DNA from: Nitrososphaeria archaeon
GTDB lineage: Archaea; Thermoproteota; Nitrososphaeria; Nitrososphaerales; JAAOZN01
Assembly: GCA_029775855.1 (NCBI GenBank)
Contig: JARVJZ010000004.1
Location: 1 to 64,000 of the forward strand
Length of the DNA: 64,000 nt
Direction of reading: 5' to 3'
The notes beneath the pieces are model-generated. The model was not told the origin of the DNA and did no database searches. It saw nothing but the letters and a program-made list of their open reading frames with translations. The position numbers were made by a program, and so were the translations under genes. This document shows, one piece after another, positions 9,950 to 19,589 of the stretch (position 1 is its first letter; every line of letters begins with the position of its first letter).

Positions 9950-11188
9950 TTGCTTAGCAGAGTAACGAAAATAGAGGTCAAAGACACACTGCTGATAAAG
10001 GGTCCAGCTACCCTTAAACTCCAAGATGGTGAAGTTGAAGCCATAGGTATGCGCCTCACATACGAAGAACCCATGATAGTTAGAAGAAACAAGATTGTAC
10101 CTCTTGAACCTATAACTAAACCCGCATATATCATAGCAACCTTCGGACCTAACGGAGAAATCGTCCGCAAGCAAGGTAAATGCGGCACAAAGATCTGGAT
10201 AAAGGCTGCAGAACTACTATCAGCCAACACCCCACATATTAGGAAGATTTTAGTTATTGGTGCATCAGACTCAGGCAAATCCACCTTCACAACTTACCTA
10301 ACTAATCTTGCTATAACAAAGGGTTACAAAGTCGGAATCGTCGACGCAGATATAGGTCAAAGCGACTTAGCGCCACCAGGATGCGTAAGCGGAGCTATAC
10401 TATGTAAGCAGCTAATCGATCTTCGAGATGTTAAAGGAGATGTTATAAAGTTTGTAGGCTCTACTTCACCGATGGGTCTTGAGGATATCGTTATCGAAGC
10501 TGTTAAAGATGTAACGAAGCAGGTTGAAGCCATACACCCCACTTTAATAATAGTTAACACAGATGGCTACATCGATGGTGAAGGTGTTAGATATAAGCTC
10601 AGGTTGATCGAAGCCCTCTCCCCAGACCAAATAGTATACATAGCGTCTGAGCCTCGAAGCCAACTTAAGGAAAGATTGGTAAATACCCTTAGCGAGGAAA
10701 AAGTTCTAACGCTCGAAGGCGTTGAAGGGATAATAAAGAGTCCTAGTGAAAGAATGGAAAGGAGGATGAGCCAGTTCTACCGCTTCCTAAAAAATGGTAG
10801 AGTTCAGCGCTGCAACTTAAAAGATTGTAAAGTGTTTCTCCTGAATAGACAATATACACTTGGTTCAGCGGCTTTTGGAGATATTGGTCAATTGGAGATA
10901 TCTGACATAGCAGACAACACCATCCTCGTGTCTGAAAGCAAGCTTCTTTTACCTAGACTTGCACTAGAAGGGATGTTTGTCGGTTTAGGAGCCAACGGAG
11001 TCAAGGGCTTCGGATGCATCCTGAGCCATAAAGGAAGCGATTCTTTAAATGTCTGGACACCTCTCCAGACCTTCAACACTCTCTATCTAAGTTTCATAAA
11101 ACTGAACAATAGGATATCGAGGGATGAGCGTTTACCCTTCAGATACCTAAACACATATACACCACACCTAGCTAAAGATGATGCGTGA
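9950..11188 (+). CDS. Clp1/Nol9-family polynucleotide 5'-hydroxyl kinase
   Basis: GASDSGKST P-loop, DADIGQSDLAPPG, NTDGYI and ERMERR lid motif. Confidence 0.9.
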   Translation: MLSRVTKIEVKDTLLIKGPATLKLQDGEVEAIGMRLTYEEPMIVRRNKIVPLEPITKPAYIIATFGPNGEIVRKQGKCGTKIWIKAAELLSANTPHIRKILVIGASDSGKSTFTTYLTNLAITKGYKVGIVDADIGQSDLAPPGCVSGAILCKQLIDLRDVKGDVIKFVGSTSPMGLEDIVIEAVKDVTKQVEAIHPTLIIVNTDGYIDGEGVRYKLRLIEALSPDQIVYIASEPRSQLKERLVNTLSEEKVLTLEGVEGIIKSPSERMERRMSQFYRFLKNGRVQRCNLKDCKVFLLNRQYTLGSAAFGDIGQLEISDIADNTILVSESKLLLPRLALEGMFVGLGANGVKGFGCILSHKGSDSLNVWTPLQTFNTLYLSFIKLNNRISRDERLPFRYLNTYTPHLAKDDA

Positions 11189-11520
11189 TAATAGAAGAAG
11201 AATTCAATACTAACTTAAGAACATTCAGAATAAGGCTCTTAAAATATACAAATGGCTGTATACTTTCAGTCTCAGAGGGAAGTGAAGATCGAATAGGGGG
11301 GATCTACCTCATACTAAAGCAGGAGAAAAACATAAGCTCCACAACTATAATACCTGAAAGGTATGGTGGTGTTTTATTAGAAGTCTTAGCGCAAAGCACA
11401 GCCAGATACACAAAAGGTATAATTCTGACAACACTTTATCTGAAGAACACGCTAACATCAGAAGAAGCGTCAACAGTATTAAATAAACTCGAAAACATAT
11501 TATCCAAACTCACTCCTTAA
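11185..11520 (+). CDS. small conserved archaeal protein, possibly proteasome-assembly-chaperone (PAC4)-like
   Basis: 4-bp overlap with the clp1-like gene; NGCILSVSE..RIG pattern. The functional call is tentative. Confidence 0.5.
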   Translation: MIIEEEFNTNLRTFRIRLLKYTNGCILSVSEGSEDRIGGIYLILKQEKNISSTTIIPERYGGVLLEVLAQSTARYTKGIILTTLYLKNTLTSEEASTVLNKLENILSKLTP

Positions 11521-11545
11521 TGCAGAACACTGGTATCGAAAGATG

Positions 11546-12160
11546 TCACATTAGTCCGATCTTCTCTTTTATCGCCCTTATCTCAGCTTCTAGCCTTTCA
11601 AATCTTCTATCTATATAGCTTCTTAAATCGTCTCTTAAAGCCCTAATCTCAAATATGGTCTCATCTTGCTTCTTCAAAACGGTTTTTATGTCTCCTTTCA
11701 TCTCCTTTATGTCTCCTTTCATCTCCTTTATGTCTCCTTTCATCTCCTTTATGTCTCCTTTCATCTCCTTTATGTCTCCTTTCATCTCCTTTATGTCCTC
11801 TCTCATCCCTTTGATGTCGCTCCACATCCCTTTCGCATATTTTATAGCCGCAACCATCCTTTCGCTTAACTCCTCCTCTAACGGACCATATTTCACCTCA
11901 AAATATTGGTACTCGCCTGTTGGTGGTGAAGTCTTTGTCACCTCTATTGATTCTACTTTAAGCAGATCTTCTTTAACATCTATAGCCTTCATAAATTCTT
12001 TAACAACCTCTTCTTCGGCTTCGCAAAGGATCTTGACGCTTCCATCTCTCAGGTTTTCCACATATCCTCTGACTCCAAGCCTTCGAGCCTCGTCTTGAAC
12101 TAAGTCTCTGTAGCCTACTCTCTGCACAGAGCCTCTAACTATGATTTCTGCTCTGATCAC
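11546..12160 (-). CDS. acylphosphatase domain fused to a heptad-repeat coiled coil
   Basis: GSVQRVGYR...GYVENLRDGSV acylphosphatase motifs, followed by (DIKEMKG)n. Confidence 0.9.
   Translation of the reverse strand: MIRAEIIVRGSVQRVGYRDLVQDEARRLGVRGYVENLRDGSVKILCEAEEEVVKEFMKAIDVKEDLLKVESIEVTKTSPPTGEYQYFEVKYGPLEEELSERMVAAIKYAKGMWSDIKGMREDIKEMKGDIKEMKGDIKEMKGDIKEMKGDIKEMKGDIKTVLKKQDETIFEIRALRDDLRSYIDRRFERLEAEIRAIKEKIGLM
11685..11810. repeat. 21-bp tandem repeat, 5 perfect copies plus a degenerate copy
   Basis: TTTATGTCTCCTTTCATCTCC x5 at 11685-11789, encoding DIKEMKG heptads on the minus strand. Confidence 0.97.
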
Positions 12161-12429
12161 ATTAATGATGTTTAAAGGGGTTAGAGTTAAATGTTTCGAA
12201 GCAATATATTAGGCTATTTACTTGCAAAATCTGGAATACTGGAGGCAGTGGTCTGTTATATGTGTCCTGCTTGATTCTGTATGGTAAGTGGGATTCGTGC
12301 TTAAAAAGAGGAAGAGTTATCTTTTACCGCTTATGTTATCAATCGCCGCCTCTATCGCCCATAATAGAAAGTTTCGCGAAGCGATATGAAGGTAACACAT
12401 TTAAGAAAGCTTGATAAAGACGTGGTACA

Positions 12430-13071
12430 TTGCTTGACCAAATTTTGTTCGGCTTTGCGGCTGTAGTAGCATTCATACTATCTTGCTCTATTTTGGTTGC
12501 CGTTCTCAAAAATTTATGTATTCACAGGGTGTTATGGCTCTTATCGTTTATTCTGCTCTTTGTCCTAACAACATTGATTTCTCTAAGTGGGTTAGATGTG
12601 ATTAGCGCACCGTTTGTCTATCTTCTGGCATCTCTTATACCAAGTTTCCTAGCTTGTGGCTTGATTTATGCTACGCTTGGATCGCGGTGGGGCAAGTATT
12701 ATCTGACCTATACGCTATTGCTCTTCATAGTATTTACTTACGCTTCAATAGTTGGCGGTATACCAAAAACTCCTCTGATACTGCTCCTTCATGTGCCAAG
12801 TGGTTTTATCATAGTCATTTTACCGTTCGTGGCGGTTGTTCTTAGAATAAGTGAGTTAACAGCTTTGTTTGTCAGTATTGGCGGTCTGTTAATAGGTGTT
12901 GGAGGGGTTGCTTTGGCTACTATCCAATTTGGTGCACCTCTCTTACCGCAAGAGTTAGTAAATATGGTATTTGCTCCTCTTTTCTTAATTGTCACTATTA
13001 TGTTTGCAGCTGGGATGCTCTTAACTAAGAACTGGGGTCGACCAAAAGGGCTTAATGATCTAAGGAGATAG
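12430..13071 (+). CDS. hypothetical polytopic membrane protein (~7 TM)
   Basis: 213-aa ORF, almost entirely hydrophobic segments. Confidence 0.75.
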   Translation: MLDQILFGFAAVVAFILSCSILVAVLKNLCIHRVLWLLSFILLFVLTTLISLSGLDVISAPFVYLLASLIPSFLACGLIYATLGSRWGKYYLTYTLLLFIVFTYASIVGGIPKTPLILLLHVPSGFIIVILPFVAVVLRISELTALFVSIGGLLIGVGGVALATIQFGAPLLPQELVNMVFAPLFLIVTIMFAAGMLLTKNWGRPKGLNDLRR

Positions 13072-13099
13072 TGGTAATCTTTAATAATTTATTGCTATT

Positions 13100-13795
13100 T
13101 TGGTTATAGGCTTGATTAAGGTAGAGGTGCTCTTCACATCGTCAGCTATAGGTACTCAGATTTTACTCAAAGGTGAGGAAGAAGACATTCTTGTAGATGC
13201 AGGAGATGGTGTGCTGAGGGATCTTGTATCAAGAAACTATGACTTCTCCAGGTTAAGTGGTATTTTAATAACACATGAGCATATAGATCACTACTGCGGT
13301 CTTCTCCCCTTATGCTACTTTATGGCTCAGCTTGAGCACACTAAACCACTTAGAATAGTTGCACCTAGTGGGGGTGGGAAAGTGTCTGGTCTAGTTTCTC
13401 TTTCCACTTTGCTCCCTCTCTTAGAGGTAGAACGAGCTAAACCAAACTGTACAATCGTCATCGGTTCATTTACTATTGAGCCGTTCAAGGTTGACCATAC
13501 TGTAGATGCTGTTGGATACGCTGTATCTGACAAAGGGGGCTACAAAGTGGTTGTTAGCGGGGATACAAGAGTGTGTCCTGAACTGGAAAAGCAGTTATCT
13601 AAAGCTAATGTAGCAGTTCTCGATGCAACATTCCCAGATTGTATGGAGTCTGATGCATACCTACACGGGCACATGACCGAGGGACAAGCGTTAAAGATTG
13701 CCGCTTCTGTGGAAGTAAAGATATTCATTCATAAAATGGATCTTAACTACTATAAGAAGATGAGCTGCAGAAAGCGTTCCCCTCTTGAAATCTAG
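13100..13795 (+). CDS. MBL-fold metallo-hydrolase (RNase Z/PhnP-like)
   Basis: LVDAGDG, THEHIDH, VDH, SGDT and GHMT metal-binding motifs. Confidence 0.85.
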   Translation: MVIGLIKVEVLFTSSAIGTQILLKGEEEDILVDAGDGVLRDLVSRNYDFSRLSGILITHEHIDHYCGLLPLCYFMAQLEHTKPLRIVAPSGGGKVSGLVSLSTLLPLLEVERAKPNCTIVIGSFTIEPFKVDHTVDAVGYAVSDKGGYKVVVSGDTRVCPELEKQLSKANVAVLDATFPDCMESDAYLHGHMTEGQALKIAASVEVKIFIHKMDLNYYKKMSCRKRSPLEI

Positions 13796-14501
13796 TCTTT
13801 TTGTGGGCTAAGATGGTGATAGTGTAGAAATTGTAGTTGCTGAGCTTTTTCCAAAGCGCTTTACTCACAACTTTTGCTGAAAGACCGCTTAGATTTATTG
13901 CTTTAAAGTAAGAGTTTTGTGTGATAGCACCTGAGAGGCATCTTGACCATAAAGCTGAGTCCTTCTTATACTCTCTTGGTAAACGTTTGTCGGTAACTAT
14001 ATCAGAAATGACCACTACTCCGCTTCTTTTTAGGATTCTACTCAATTCGCTAAAGACTTTAGATTTAGATTTCGTTAAGTTAATTACACAATTAGAGATT
14101 GCTGCATCTATACAGGAATCTCTTATCGGTAAGTAGGCTATATCTCCCAGAATAAACTCAATCCCTTGCAATCCTCGTTTCTTGCATATTTCTTGTGCTT
14201 CAACCAACATTTTTTCTGTCATATCTACACCTATAACAAGGCTAGATGAGTCAAGTTTCTCTGCGACTTTAGCTAAGTCGTAGCCAGCACCGCACCCTAA
14301 ATCCAATATTCTAATATTTGATGTCGAAGTCATCCCTAGGTTTAGTGTTGGATCACCACAACCGAATGATAAGTTGCTAGTAGAGCTACAGCACGTCTTT
14401 TTTGAGACTAGCGATTCATAAGCAGTTCTTACTGCTAACCTTATGTCTGAACTGTCTGATTGTTTACAGCATCGAGTCAAAGTCAAGATTCTTCTCACCA
14501 T
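13743..14501 (-). CDS. arsM: arsenite S-adenosylmethionine methyltransferase
   Basis: N-terminal CC, SFGCGDP, LDLGCGAG, GVDMT, ISNCVINL and WSRCLSGA, covering all conserved As-binding Cys positions of ArsM/AS3MT. Confidence 0.85.
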   Translation of the reverse strand: MVRRILTLTRCCKQSDSSDIRLAVRTAYESLVSKKTCCSSTSNLSFGCGDPTLNLGMTSTSNIRILDLGCGAGYDLAKVAEKLDSSSLVIGVDMTEKMLVEAQEICKKRGLQGIEFILGDIAYLPIRDSCIDAAISNCVINLTKSKSKVFSELSRILKRSGVVVISDIVTDKRLPREYKKDSALWSRCLSGAITQNSYFKAINLSGLSAKVVSKALWKKLSNYNFYTITILAHKKTRFQEGNAFCSSSSYSS

Positions 14502-15216
14502 ATTTAGCCCTAGACTTCATATATGAGTCAATTATCAACCTATACTTACTCATATCTGGGGTATAGCACGGGTATCTAAATCCAACTTGCATAGATGTTG
14601 AAACAGCGGTTTTAAATACAGATGCTATCACCTGTGTCACCTCAGAGCTTGTAGCACCATTTTTTAAAGCCCGCTCGCTAAAGACTTGGATGCCGTGTTT
14701 CCAGCCTTTAACAGCACTTACGGCTAAGCAGAGTAAGTTTTGCAGCCGTTCTTCCAGCGATGTTTTCTGAAATATGATTTTGATTGTTGTTAAAAAATCT
14801 TGGAACCATTTCGGATCGAAATCGAGGAAAGCGAGCATTTTTGCCGGCAAATTAATCTGGTTCGTGTATCCAAAAGACTTCGCATGATCTTGATATTCGA
14901 AGTTAAGTTGCTGAAGTGTATAATCCAAATCAGCTAAGCCAATGATCAAAGAAGATATTCTGATAGCATCATTTATCTCCGCTTCATTAGCTCCTGCACT
15001 AAGAGCTTGATCTACGTGGATCAAGACCCCTGGTTCCCAGAGGTATGCTACTGCTTTACCTAGCCCGATTAGATGCTTTTCCTTAGCTGTAAGTGTGCAA
15101 GAGTGAGGCCAATTTAGAACAGACATTATGTAGGCGTTTACCCATTCGGAGTCATCTATCAAACCTTTAGCCCAAAGATAAGGGGGCACAGGCATCCCAA
15201 TTTTTCTGCTACGCAA
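14464..15216 (-). CDS. tandem carboxymuconolactone decarboxylase/AhpD-like domain protein
   Basis: Two repeats (LTAKEKHLIGL...HVDQALSAGANEAEI and LEERLQNLLCLAVSA...ERALKNGATSSEV). No CxxC. Confidence 0.75.
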   Translation of the reverse strand: MRSRKIGMPVPPYLWAKGLIDDSEWVNAYIMSVLNWPHSCTLTAKEKHLIGLGKAVAYLWEPGVLIHVDQALSAGANEAEINDAIRISSLIIGLADLDYTLQQLNFEYQDHAKSFGYTNQINLPAKMLAFLDFDPKWFQDFLTTIKIIFQKTSLEERLQNLLCLAVSAVKGWKHGIQVFSERALKNGATSSEVTQVIASVFKTAVSTSMQVGFRYPCYTPDMSKYRLIIDSYMKSRAKYGEKNLDFDSML

Positions 15217-15237
15217 TGGACTCTACATCATTATCCT

Positions 15238-16644
15238 CTACTGTTTTTTATTTAATGTTTTCCAGAACTTGTCTTCTAACCAAGTATTCTTGAAACCTAG
15301 GGTTGTAAGTAAAACCGTCAGAGCCCATAGAATAAGAGTCCTAATGAAGCCTTTTTTCTCAAAGCGTCTAGCTGACACAATAACAGGCGCTTTCACTGTA
15401 ATAAGCCTACCGACCTTCTTAAGTTTTTGTGAAAGTGCTACTCCTTCTTCCATACAATTTTCGTCGAACCCTCCTAGTTGATAAAATAGATGTCTCCTAA
15501 CACAAAAGGCCGCACCAACTCCATGGAGATTAAATATCTTGCTTATCATAAGTCTAACGCTTTTAACAAAATTGTATCGTGTTCTAGGTGGATCATAAAA
15601 TACATCTAGGCTTCCGGCAACTACTGCCTTATCCTGAAAGGACTTAATGACCTCTTCTACTGCTCTCTTTTGTAGCACCATGTCTGCGTGGAGGAATAGG
15701 AGTATTTTACCTCTCGCACCAAAGGCACCTATGTTTTCTTGCATCTTTCTTGAGGCTTTCCCTAAAACAACAACTTTGTCCACAAGATTGGCGGCGGCTT
15801 GTAGCGTATTATCTTCGCTCCCTCCGTCAACTAATATCACCTCAACCTCGTGGTTATCCTTATCTATAGACTTCAAAGCACTTCTAACCCAAAATTCTTC
15901 GTTTAAAGTCGGTATAATTATAGAAAGAGCGTACTTATTGGTAGAAGGAGGCGTTGGGTAAGACATTAGAAAGCGCTCGGTAGCAGTGTTAAGTTTCTTT
16001 CTTCTAAGAGAAACACGTAACAGATCGTCCACATCATCAATATCCATTTTTACATCCAAAATCTTAAACGGTAAAGCGTGAGTGCGCGCATATTCAATCA
16101 AATTGAAACAAACTCGATAAGAATCGTCTAAATTGCTTATACAATTTAGGTCTGTATACCTATTCAGTCCGATCAAATATGCTCCACCATCATGAGTTGG
16201 GCCGATTACGAGCTGCGGTCTTCTGAGATTGGAAGCTGAGACTAAACAATCAAGTGCCATACTTAATGTGGATGCATCTAAATCATCGTGATCTCCAGGT
16301 ATGAGGATAACGGAATCATATCCTTGGTCTATAACCTGTTGGAATGCGTTGCGCACCCGCTCAGTGATATCTGAGCCTACTTGCTCCATAAAAGTTGAAT
16401 AAAAAGACAGGGAACCCAAGGCTTCTTTAAGATTTTTCTGTTTCTCCTTAGGAGTATAGCATATATAGGTAGAGCTGCCCCTTTTTCTGATCACAGCTTG
16501 TATAACAGATGCAGTATCTCTTAGTAGGTGATTATAGAGTTGGTAAGCGTCAATTGCCGTGAATATACCCCAATACTTGGAGATTCTGGTTTTCACTGCA
16601 CCCACTTCGGGAACTTTGGTGAAGAGTATGATAGCTTCTTTCAC
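15238..16644 (-). CDS. fusion of DUF2064/TIGR04282-like (CofC-like) and TIGR04283-like (GT2) arsenosugar-associated glycosyltransferases
   Basis: N-half: FTKVPEVGAVKTRI...EQVGSDITERV...IGPTHDGGAYLIG...DIDDVDDL. C-half: SIIIPTLNEE...VDGGSEDNT...LFLHAD...VSARRFEKKG. Confidence 0.85.
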   Translation of the reverse strand: MKEAIILFTKVPEVGAVKTRISKYWGIFTAIDAYQLYNHLLRDTASVIQAVIRKRGSSTYICYTPKEKQKNLKEALGSLSFYSTFMEQVGSDITERVRNAFQQVIDQGYDSVILIPGDHDDLDASTLSMALDCLVSASNLRRPQLVIGPTHDGGAYLIGLNRYTDLNCISNLDDSYRVCFNLIEYARTHALPFKILDVKMDIDDVDDLLRVSLRRKKLNTATERFLMSYPTPPSTNKYALSIIIPTLNEEFWVRSALKSIDKDNHEVEVILVDGGSEDNTLQAAANLVDKVVVLGKASRKMQENIGAFGARGKILLFLHADMVLQKRAVEEVIKSFQDKAVVAGSLDVFYDPPRTRYNFVKSVRLMISKIFNLHGVGAAFCVRRHLFYQLGGFDENCMEEGVALSQKLKKVGRLITVKAPVIVSARRFEKKGFIRTLILWALTVLLTTLGFKNTWLEDKFWKTLNKKQ

Positions 16645-16700
16645 TCTGGCACCATTCAGTTTGCTGACTAAGAATTTATTTAAGTGTTAATTTCGGCGAT

Positions 16701-18020
16701 ATGTTATTGAATATTCAGAAGTATTCGCAAGAGCTGCTAATTCTTAACTGGGGCGTTGTTATCGAGATAGCGCTACTTTTATTTAGATTTTTTACCAGAA
16801 TGGATAGGACTAACCCTTTAACTACGATTTTATTTTATGTGCCGTTTGTACTGTTTTGTTTGGCCTACATTCATCTTACTAAAATGAAAATAATGAGATT
16901 TAAGCTATCATCAGCACTGATACTATTTTTTAGTTTTCTTTTTTCTATTACACACATACTTGATGCGCCGAATTTATCTGATGACCTCTACCGCTACTAC
17001 TGGGATGGTAAAGTCTCCTTTAGTGGTATTAACCCGTATAGTTTTGCTCCTGATTCACCTAATCTCTCCCATTTACGTGATGATTATTGGCTGTTCATAA
17101 ACAATAAGGATTTAACAACACCCTATCCACCTTTCATTATAGCGCTCTGTGCTTTACTCTATTTGCTCTCACCTAGCATCTACAGCTTTAAGGTTCTATC
17201 CGTAGTCAGCTACTTTCTGTCTTCCGTGATTCTTATCTTAATGTTAAGAAGATATAGTCGGAGTCCGTACTACTCCCTTATTTATACATGGAATCCGCTT
17301 ATGGCGATAGAATTTGGGCATAGTGGTCATAATGATTCTGTCGCTGTATTCTTTATGCTTCTTAGCACATTCTTTCTCTCCGCTAAACAGTACAAATATT
17401 CAGCGCTGACGCTTGGAGTTGCTACTTTATCGAAGATCTTCCCAGCTTTATTAACACCATTCTATATAATAAAGTGGAGGCTAAAAGGTATGATCGTCTA
17501 TATATCAGTAGTTATTCTGCCCTATATTCCACTAAGTCTAATAGGCTCCGTACAAACAAGTCTTGTTACTTACTTTGAGAGAATCGCATTTAACGCTGGC
17601 TTCTACTACCTTCTAGAAGCAATAATTTCTTATTTTATTAAAGAAAATGCGGCGCTCTACGCGCGTATCACCATCACTATATTATTTAGTGTATGTCTGG
17701 TCTATATGACCTATAAGTTCAGAGAAAAAGACTTTCTATTTAACGCGTATCTAATAATAGCTGTTTATCTACTTCTCACACCTACCGTGCACCCTTGGTA
17801 TCTTTCTTGGATTCTTCCTTTTGCTGCATTATATGCACCAGAACCTTGGTTGTATTTCTCAGGTGCTATCTTCTTATCCTATTATACATATTCTCTACCA
17901 GAGATATCACCTGGTTTCTGGCCGGAGCAAGTTTGGGTAAGAGCGGTTGAATACATACCGTTTATGCTCTTACTTTTACTTTCATTAAGAAAAGAATTAT
18001 CTGGAGCTAATCGCGGTTAA
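16701..18020 (+). CDS. GT-C fold glycosyltransferase family 87 (DUF2029-like)
   Basis: LSDDLYRYYWDG, INPY, PYPP, WNPL..E...SGHND and PTVHPWY motifs; multi-TM. Confidence 0.9.
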   Translation: MLLNIQKYSQELLILNWGVVIEIALLLFRFFTRMDRTNPLTTILFYVPFVLFCLAYIHLTKMKIMRFKLSSALILFFSFLFSITHILDAPNLSDDLYRYYWDGKVSFSGINPYSFAPDSPNLSHLRDDYWLFINNKDLTTPYPPFIIALCALLYLLSPSIYSFKVLSVVSYFLSSVILILMLRRYSRSPYYSLIYTWNPLMAIEFGHSGHNDSVAVFFMLLSTFFLSAKQYKYSALTLGVATLSKIFPALLTPFYIIKWRLKGMIVYISVVILPYIPLSLIGSVQTSLVTYFERIAFNAGFYYLLEAIISYFIKENAALYARITITILFSVCLVYMTYKFREKDFLFNAYLIIAVYLLLTPTVHPWYLSWILPFAALYAPEPWLYFSGAIFLSYYTYSLPEISPGFWPEQVWVRAVEYIPFMLLLLLSLRKELSGANRG

Positions 18021-18025
18021 GAATC

Positions 18026-19570
18026 TCATTTTTCCTTTCCGCTTTGGATAAATGTAAATATGTTGACAAATGTATATGCAGTGGTATACCAAGCAAGTAT
18101 AGGTATGATTCCAAAGTTTTCTGTTATGAAAGCTATGTAAGAGCTTGTTATGCCAAGAGCTATATAAGCCCATTCTATTAGAACCCTTTTATCAACGGGC
18201 ACATGGTATTTCTTATCTCTCCATTTATCTCCTTTTGACTTCACCGAGTATTTGGGTGTCCTTTTAAACTCCCACCTTCGTTTTAATATTAGACCTTTTA
18301 AAACCTCAATGGTGTTGCTTATACTGATACCGTATCCTATTAAGCCCAAAAGAAGTAGGTTAGGTATATTCCTCAATAAACTCAGTTTTTGTGCGCGCAA
18401 GGCTTCTACATAATAAACCCAAGTAGCGGCTGTACAAAGAATTATGGTAGATGCTAGTAGCATTATGGCTATCTGCTGGATATTTATGGAGCTCACGGTA
18501 GATACAAACTGCTCTGGGCTAGACAGCCCTATTTCACTTATTTGTCTAATAGTTGGTAGAGATATGCTTGTGACACCAGATATACTCGCTATTGATGCGA
18601 GTAAAAAGGCTAGAAACATAAGGAAATGGACGGTATAGTAGGTTAAATGTATGAATCCTTGTATCTTCTGCTTCAGATCTAACATTGGGTTGGATAAGAG
18701 TTTCGGCAAGAGTTTCCGAGCTGTCTGTATGGAGCCGCACGCCCATCTTGCCTGCTGTCTCTTAAAGCTGGTTAAGGTAGGAGTAACTTCACCGTCGACA
18801 CTAAAATCTCTCAAATATAACACCTTATATCCCTTAAGTTGTATCCTATAGCTAGCATCAAGATCCTCTGCTAATGTGTCGCTGTGCCATCCCCCTGCTT
18901 CCAAAAGAGCAGATCGCCTGATTACCCCTGCACTGCCATTAAAATTTAGCAAGCATCCCGAGGCATATCTTCCGGGTTGCTCTATGTAGAAGTGAGCATC
19001 CATTCCGATGGAAACAGATTTGGTAATTGGATTGTAATGCCTGTTTATATGCCCCCATCTACACTGTACAAGACCTATCTTTTCATTTTGGACCATGTAT
19101 GATATAGTTCTGTTGAGAAAATCTTTTGGAGGTGTGAAATCTGCATCGAATATTGCAATAAACTCTTCATCTGTTTTGGAGAGAGCTTCTTGTAGTGCCC
19201 CTGCTTTATACCCTGTTCTATCCTTTCTTCTCAATACTTCGATATTGAAACCATCTCTGGCATATCTTGCTATAAGTGAGTCAACGATCTCTTTGGTCTC
19301 ATCATCAGAGTCGTCAAGAACCATGATTCTAACCAATTGTTTACCATATTGTTCAGCCATAGCGGTGCAGCAGGTAAGGAGCCTACATATCACATACCTC
19401 TCATTATAAATTGGCAGATGTATTGCCACGCGCGGCCTTGAAGATAAACCACTATTGAACGGCATTGAATATTTTCTTGATGCCTTAAGCAGATAGAAGC
19501 AGTTATAACCATAAAAGAAGAATGAGAATGTTACCATTAGAGATGCAATTAACAAGATTCTATCGAACAT
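18026..19570 (-). CDS. cellulose-synthase-like GT2 glycosyltransferase
   Basis: LPIYNE, DDS, GYKAGAL, FDADF, TLAEDLD and QQARW (D,D,D,QxxRW); C-terminal TMs and FKRTPKY. Confidence 0.92.
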   Translation of the reverse strand: MFDRILLIASLMVTFSFFFYGYNCFYLLKASRKYSMPFNSGLSSRPRVAIHLPIYNERYVICRLLTCCTAMAEQYGKQLVRIMVLDDSDDETKEIVDSLIARYARDGFNIEVLRRKDRTGYKAGALQEALSKTDEEFIAIFDADFTPPKDFLNRTISYMVQNEKIGLVQCRWGHINRHYNPITKSVSIGMDAHFYIEQPGRYASGCLLNFNGSAGVIRRSALLEAGGWHSDTLAEDLDASYRIQLKGYKVLYLRDFSVDGEVTPTLTSFKRQQARWACGSIQTARKLLPKLLSNPMLDLKQKIQGFIHLTYYTVHFLMFLAFLLASIASISGVTSISLPTIRQISEIGLSSPEQFVSTVSSINIQQIAIMLLASTIILCTAATWVYYVEALRAQKLSLLRNIPNLLLLGLIGYGISISNTIEVLKGLILKRRWEFKRTPKYSVKSKGDKWRDKKYHVPVDKRVLIEWAYIALGITSSYIAFITENFGIIPILAWYTTAYTFVNIFTFIQSGKEK

Positions 19571-19589
19571 CTAGAATACCTCACAAATA

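Noticed and set aside
11655-12098. Repetitive + strand ORFs (FMSPFIS)n and (LLYVSFH)n
   Set aside because: Antisense frames of the acylphosphatase heptad repeat.
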